NCBI GenBank assembly: GCA_001643675.2
Contig: LSRY02000022.1
Location: forward strand, 248,001-312,000
From: Monocercomonoides exilis PA203
Lineage: Eukaryota > Protista > Preaxostyla
Reading direction: 5' to 3'
DNA: 64,000 nucleotides
Shown here: positions 58,315 to 64,000 of the stretch, in pieces
How positions within the stretch are numbered: the stretch's first letter is position 1
How the letters are laid out: each line of letters opens with the position of its first letter
Notes under the pieces: model-generated
Told to the model about the DNA's origin: nothing
Database searches by the model: none
Seen by the model: only the letters and a program-made list of their open reading frames with translations
Translations under genes and position numbers: made by a program

Positions 58315-61300
58315 ATGTTTTTGATTTTGATACTCTTGAATTATCTATTTGCTGGTAGTCTTGTTCTGCAAAGCGATAACAAAAATCGATTAAATGCATT
58401 TACCGATGACTGGGACGAGGAAGCTGTTAATACCGTTTTTATTTCCGAAAGGGGAGATGATTCGAAGCCTAACTGTGGAAGTGAGACCCAACCGTGCAAG
58501 ACAATTGCAAAAGGAATTGAACTGCTTGGGGATGATCCTGTAGATAAAACTTTGAAGTTTTTTGATTTTGCAGAAATTCAATATGAATTTTTGTTTTCAA
58601 AGGATTTTAATCTTGTGATAACAACGGTATTGGACAAGAACGCCAGAGGAAGGCTTGATTTTGATTTGAAAAATCTCGTGGAAAATAGAAAGTATCACAT
58701 GATAAACGAGAAAAAGTTGACGCTGGAGCATTTAACTTTTAATCTTATTCCATATAAGACTGAGCCGCATTCAACGGAAACAGATGAGGAATCTGCGGTT
58801 ATTCTTTCTAAAGGCGCTTATGGAGACTTGAAAATTAGTGACTGTGGAATATATTTTAAAAAATGGACAAAAGAATATGCCCCATTTTCAATTCTGAGAG
58901 TCACTGAAGGAAAAATATATTTTGATACATTCGACTGGAATTCAGATAATGTTGGCTATCTTTCAGAAAAGACATTAATGCATATATCTGAAGGAGTGTC
59001 TTTACAGAAGCTGAAAGGCTTCAAATTTCGTCAAGCTACACTGAGTGAAGAATGTGCCCTTGCGCTTCCATCGTCATTTTCATTAGAAGGAAGTGACTTT
59101 AGTTCTATCGAAAGAAAAACAGCAGGTCCTGCAATGCTCGAAGCAAAAAGCGATGCAAACAAAAGAGTGGAAATTTCTATTTCAAAATGTTCGTTTTTTT
59201 CTCAATCGCCTTTATCAGAAAGGGGAGGCTGCCTTTATTTCGAGATGACGCATCCAGAGAGTGAACTGAATATCATTGATACAACATTTTCATCTGGGAA
59301 GGCTGCAAAAGGTGGAGGAATGATGATTGGGATGTCTAAAGGGAAAGCGAAGCTAGAAAACGTTAAATTTTCTGGTTGCATGGCCGCAGAAGGAGGAGGA
59401 GGGCTATATGTACTTGAATTGATGCAGATGGCAGGATTTGAGTGCATTAATGTATCGTTTGAAAACTGTAAGGCACAGTCTGGAGGAGGAGTTTTTTTAA
59501 CTTTGGACGAAGAGGATGAAAAAGGCGATGGAACCTTTTTCAAGGATTGCTTCTTTGTTAAAAATGAGGCGAGCAATCTCGCAAATGATGTGATGATCGG
59601 CTGCAAGGGAAATTCTGAGATGAACAAGAATCCTTTTGATGCAGCGTGCATTAGCTCAACGAAGAAAGAGCGTGTTGTGGTGAAAAAGCAAAGCAACACA
59701 TCAATCATTCATGACGATTGGCTAATCTACAGCTCGCTTGAAGTAGACGTTGATGCTGCAAACGGAGTTGACAACGACGAATGCGGCAAAGAAGGGAATA
59801 AACCATGCAAAACGATTAAAAAAGCGATCGAGAATAGCCTTTCTGGGAGGCTGTTTCGCATTTACACTACCGAAGATTGCAACGAGTATGACTCCGAGCC
59901 AATAGCAATAGAAAATCGCCAAGTTAAAATTTCGAGAAGAGAGAACAGCAAAAAAATCTCCATTACGACAGCTCTGGATGAAACGAAGGTACTTCCCGGG
60001 GAAGGACTTTTCAACGTGAAGCGAAAGGGAAAATTCCATCTTTCAGGGGCAGATGTCAAAGTGGATACGACAAGAGCCAGCGGAAGAAGCAACGGGCTGA
60101 TTGTTGAAGACGGAGAAGATGCTTCTGTTGAACTGGTTGGGACTAACATCACTTCGGAAGATGTTAAACAAGAACTTAATTGTGTATTGATTGAAATCAA
60201 ATCGGGTGCATTGCGTTTCGGCAGTGTTCAGATTTCTTATTTCACATCTGCATTTGCGCTGATAATTTCAGAGGCATCGAAAAGCTTCGTTTTCTTTCAA
60301 TTCACTTTTGATACAATATCAGTCTCAAGCCCGACTCAGTCAGTTGTCACAATATTGGATGGAAGTGAAAGTGTGTCTATGTTATTCGGTAGAATGAAGA
60401 ATTGCTTGTCGCCTCAGCATGGAATGGGAGGCTGCTTCTATGTGGAGGTAGGAAGCTCTGCAGATGATTATTTCCATGACATTCGTTTCGATAATTGTTC
60501 CTGCCAAAGTGCAACTCAAAAATCAGAAGTGCAATACAGACAACAAAATGAAGAATCAAAAGGAGGTGCAATATTTGTTCAAGTTGTTGATGGAATGAAC
60601 GATCCACTGAAATTATCATTCAAATGCTTGACGTTTCTTAATTGTGCAGCTGTCAGAGGAGAGTACATTTACTTGTCTCTTCCAGTTGGAAGAGAGCAAA
60701 TTCAAGAAGATGTGCTTGAGACTGAAATGGAAGCGATTTATGGAAAGCCAAATTTTGTTCTTTTGGAAGAAAGAAAAGGAGATGAAACAAATATTATAGA
60801 TCTTTTAACGGATGAAACCAACAAGCTGCCTTATTATTCGCAGAATATCTATGTGGGAGGCGATCATGCGAGCAAAGCACAAACATGTGGCAGAAGAGCA
60901 GAGCCGTGCGATCGAATTGACACAGGAATAAAGCATAAGATACTGAGCGGGCTATTTTGCATGCAAGTTATTGGCGTGGTTTCAGTAGACGAACCATTTG
61001 AAACAAAGCAGTCAATGACGTTTGCTTCATCTCCTGATTCATCTTCATCTTCATCTTCACTGTTAAATGCAGAGCCAAATCGCGGGGTGCTTCATGTTGA
61101 AGCAAAAATATATTATGGGCTATCAAAAGCAGTGTTTGATAGTTCTTCCGGTCTTTGCGAGTACAGGCATCTCGATTTTGAATATCCTGATGCGGTTGAA
61201 GGAGATGCAGTTGATTTGATTTACTCGACCTATATATTGAAAATGATCGATGTTGTGTTTAGGCCCTGGTACACTGGGCTGAAAGGAGAAAGCGTCCTAG

Positions 61301-62391
61301 GAGGGGAAGGAAAACCGTTACCGTACAAGCTGATCGTGATTGAGAAGGAATTTGGAGACTTTAAGCAACTTGCGATTTACGGAAGAAATGGCAATACAAA
61401 CAAAGGGAGACGAGCTGACGAAAGCAAAAAGAGCAAAAAGAACGAATATTTTTCGGAGATGAAAGTTGAAAAGGCAAAATCCGAGCCAATAAATAAAGAT
61501 AAAGATGACGAGACAGAGAATGGTCTGTGCCTGTGGAATTCAGGGCTTGTGACGCTTCTCAATACTCAGACAATAGACTTTGAAGAGTGCTCATTTATCA
61601 ACATCAGTGACGGAGCTATCTTTTCAGATGAAAGTTCCATAGATCTTTACAAATGCAGCTTTGAAGGCAATCATCCAATTGGTGAAAATTGGGAAAAGTT
61701 TCCTTCATTTCGACACAGCATTATCTTTTTGGGGAAAGAAGGCAATCGAAATGCTAATATTCGTTATTTAGCAGAAGGAAGCGATGGATTGAATGGGAAG
61801 CCGTTTGGGATGCTTAGCGATACAAATATTAAAGGGCAAGCAACAGAAAATATTGATTCGCTCTTCTTTTCTCCTGCGCTGCAAAATGTGAAGATTGTGA
61901 AAGGAGCTGAAGTTGCAAACAGGAGGAAAGAAGCGAATGGAAAAGAGGAAGAAAACGAAGAAGAAACAGTTACTGGGATTATTCATGGAAGCTATCTCTT
62001 TCCTTGTGAGCTAACATTTGAAGTTGCAAAAGAAAGAAAAGGAGACGAGCTGAAATGGGTTGAGTGCCCCATCACAGAGTTTGTGGACGAGAAAGAAATG
62101 AAAGTGAAGATTCCGAAGGAGCTGCTGGATGTGGATGAGCAAACTTCGGTTATATGTCATTTGTCATATTCGAGCGGAATTACTACAAATGAAAAGAAAT
62201 ACACAGAAAACTGGTTTTTGGTTAAGCCGAAAGATAATACGAAGAAATTGACACGTACACAGCTTATAATAATTATTTCTTCAACTTGTGCATTTGCAGT
62301 TGTTGCAACTGTAATTGTGGTGATTGTTGTGTGTGCTGTGAAAAGAAAGAAGAAAAGAGAATACAAAGAAATTAAAGATGGGACCAAATAA
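58315..62391 (+). CDS. Type-I membrane surface protein with PMP-like repeats and CG..PC modules
   Basis: Signal peptide MFLILILLNYLFAG, three GxD..CG..PC modules and GGG/GGA motifs. The juxtamembrane region (C.WNSGLV..FPSFRH..G..L.PC.L.F) is shared with the giant paralogs. TM followed by the tail KRKKKREYKEIKDGTK. Confidence 0.85.
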   Translation: MFLILILLNYLFAGSLVLQSDNKNRLNAFTDDWDEEAVNTVFISERGDDSKPNCGSETQPCKTIAKGIELLGDDPVDKTLKFFDFAEIQYEFLFSKDFNLVITTVLDKNARGRLDFDLKNLVENRKYHMINEKKLTLEHLTFNLIPYKTEPHSTETDEESAVILSKGAYGDLKISDCGIYFKKWTKEYAPFSILRVTEGKIYFDTFDWNSDNVGYLSEKTLMHISEGVSLQKLKGFKFRQATLSEECALALPSSFSLEGSDFSSIERKTAGPAMLEAKSDANKRVEISISKCSFFSQSPLSERGGCLYFEMTHPESELNIIDTTFSSGKAAKGGGMMIGMSKGKAKLENVKFSGCMAAEGGGGLYVLELMQMAGFECINVSFENCKAQSGGGVFLTLDEEDEKGDGTFFKDCFFVKNEASNLANDVMIGCKGNSEMNKNPFDAACISSTKKERVVVKKQSNTSIIHDDWLIYSSLEVDVDAANGVDNDECGKEGNKPCKTIKKAIENSLSGRLFRIYTTEDCNEYDSEPIAIENRQVKISRRENSKKISITTALDETKVLPGEGLFNVKRKGKFHLSGADVKVDTTRASGRSNGLIVEDGEDASVELVGTNITSEDVKQELNCVLIEIKSGALRFGSVQISYFTSAFALIISEASKSFVFFQFTFDTISVSSPTQSVVTILDGSESVSMLFGRMKNCLSPQHGMGGCFYVEVGSSADDYFHDIRFDNCSCQSATQKSEVQYRQQNEESKGGAIFVQVVDGMNDPLKLSFKCLTFLNCAAVRGEYIYLSLPVGREQIQEDVLETEMEAIYGKPNFVLLEERKGDETNIIDLLTDETNKLPYYSQNIYVGGDHASKAQTCGRRAEPCDRIDTGIKHKILSGLFCMQVIGVVSVDEPFETKQSMTFASSPDSSSSSSSLLNAEPNRGVLHVEAKIYYGLSKAVFDSSSGLCEYRHLDFEYPDAVEGDAVDLIYSTYILKMIDVVFRPWYTGLKGESVLGGEGKPLPYKLIVIEKEFGDFKQLAIYGRNGNTNKGRRADESKKSKKNEYFSEMKVEKAKSEPINKDKDDETENGLCLWNSGLVTLLNTQTIDFEECSFINISDGAIFSDESSIDLYKCSFEGNHPIGENWEKFPSFRHSIIFLGKEGNRNANIRYLAEGSDGLNGKPFGMLSDTNIKGQATENIDSLFFSPALQNVKIVKGAEVANRRKEANGKEEENEEETVTGIIHGSYLFPCELTFEVAKERKGDELKWVECPITEFVDEKEMKVKIPKELLDVDEQTSVICHLSYSSGITTNEKKYTENWFLVKPKDNTKKLTRTQLIIIISSTCAFAVVATVIVVIVVCAVKRKKKREYKEIKDGTK

Positions 62392-64000
62392 AAATGAGGA
62401 TAATATTAATCTATGCGCGTTACAAATGTTAATTTCCTTTCATTACTGAATGTTCAATGAAAGAGAATTAAAAGGAAAATTGCATTCATTCGGATTTAAC
62501 TATTCTTTTATGTTATTTTTTGATTTCAAAGAATGGTCAATTTTTTATGAATGTAGAGAGTGTTTTATTTATTGCTGTTGTTGATCATTTATACATTAGT
62601 TTGATTTGATTTCAGTTTTATTTTTTGTTATTATTGAGTTTACAATACATATAAGTACAAAGATTTTGTATTATTATTATTACAGAAATTATTTTGACTC
62701 ATATTAAAAAGAAAGTTGCTGTTTAGGTTATATTTTTTAAAGAGTTAATTTTGAATTATGAATCTTTTTAAGTTTATTCTCATTTATCTCATCGAGAATG
62801 AGCATCAATATATGTTTTTGACTTTGCTTTATATTTTTTTTTAATATTATTTATCAATAATTATTTTTGAAAAAGAATTTTTGTAATAATATGTGAGATT
62901 TCGTTAATGAATGAATTATTCACTTACAAAAAAATGAAAGTTTATTTTCCATTAAGTTAAGTGCAAATCAAAATTATCTTTTCATTAAAAAGCAAAATTA
63001 TTTCGAACAAGTCATCTCAATAAACAGACTCGCAATTCTTGATTAATAATTTTCATAAAAAGTTAAGAATATTTTTTTTTTTTTTTGTTCAATTCAAATG
63101 ATGTGAAAGTGAAAACAGAAAAATAAAACTTTTAAATTTTTATTTTTATTATAATTATTTTTCGTTTTTAATATTATTTTATTTTTTTTTTTTATTTATT
63201 TTTTTTTTTTTTTTTGGCACAAGAATAATTCGAAAATATATTTATTTCACTGCATTAAAAGTGTGATGCTTTAATTCATCATCCTTTTTTTTTTCAGAAG
63301 TTTGAATGTGAATCATTTGTTTGGTATTAGAGAATAGCAACTTAATAATATATTTCAAACTTTCTTACCAATCTTCGTCTCTCGATTATTCTAGATTGTT
63401 TAAAAAAAAAAAAAAAAATAAGAAATTTCAAAGAGTAAAATGCTCAACATTTATTATTAAAAGAAAACATTTGATGCTAAAAACAAATTCTCGTTATGAA
63501 AATTGTTCAATTTCAATAACAAAATACACAAATTTTGCATTTTCTCTCTTTTTGTTTAGAAATTTTTTTCTTATATATGAAAATATGAAGAATTCAATTT
63601 AAAAAAATTTTGGTAGTAGGTGTTTATTATTGAAATCATAATTTTTCGAACAAAAATTAAGGTTTGACAATTTTGTTTTGAATGATTGCTAATGAACAAA
63701 GAAATGCTATTGCACCTATTTATAACATATCTATCACACTTTTTTGTGATAAATTAGATTCAAATATGACTGAAATGAATTGCACATTTCTTAAGTGAAT
63801 CAATTTTAAATGACAGTGAATTTTTTTTTTTAAAAAAAACATCACTCAAAAAAATATTATGATTTCAAAATTAATCACCCATGTAGAAAATAAAATCAAG
63901 AATTTTTTGAAGTTTTATAATTTTGTCAGAAAGCATTTGACACCCAATAAAAATAATTAGATTTTTTTTTTTAATTTGTTTTAAAATAAGAATTTGCACA

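Overview
AT-rich eukaryotic DNA with short (about 55-85 nt) GT-AG introns and the standard genetic code. The gene families resemble those of an oxymonad such as Monocercomonoides (inference from family style, not verified). The most striking locus is a minus-strand DNA-transposon-like gene at about 3.4-7.65 kb. It carries an apparently intact ubiquitin-specific protease (C19/USP) domain inside a Sola-like DDD transposase. The two parts are in the same frame, separated by a single TAA. Just 3' of the gene is a GC-rich, multi-hairpin palindromic element of about 245 nt. The rest of the window holds: two paralogous ~2,900-aa receptor-like proteins (PMP-like ectodomain, TM helix, truncated kinase C-lobe) in a ~9.6-kb direct duplication with mosaic identity; two further type-I surface proteins; two divergently oriented paralogs of a lineage-specific family; two decayed copies of a large gene, one containing an intact 76-aa ubiquitin-like domain ending in GG; a 399-bp foldback MITE; a decayed DIRS-like retroelement; and a P-loop GTPase with coiled coils. 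No rRNA, tRNA or CRISPR array was seen.
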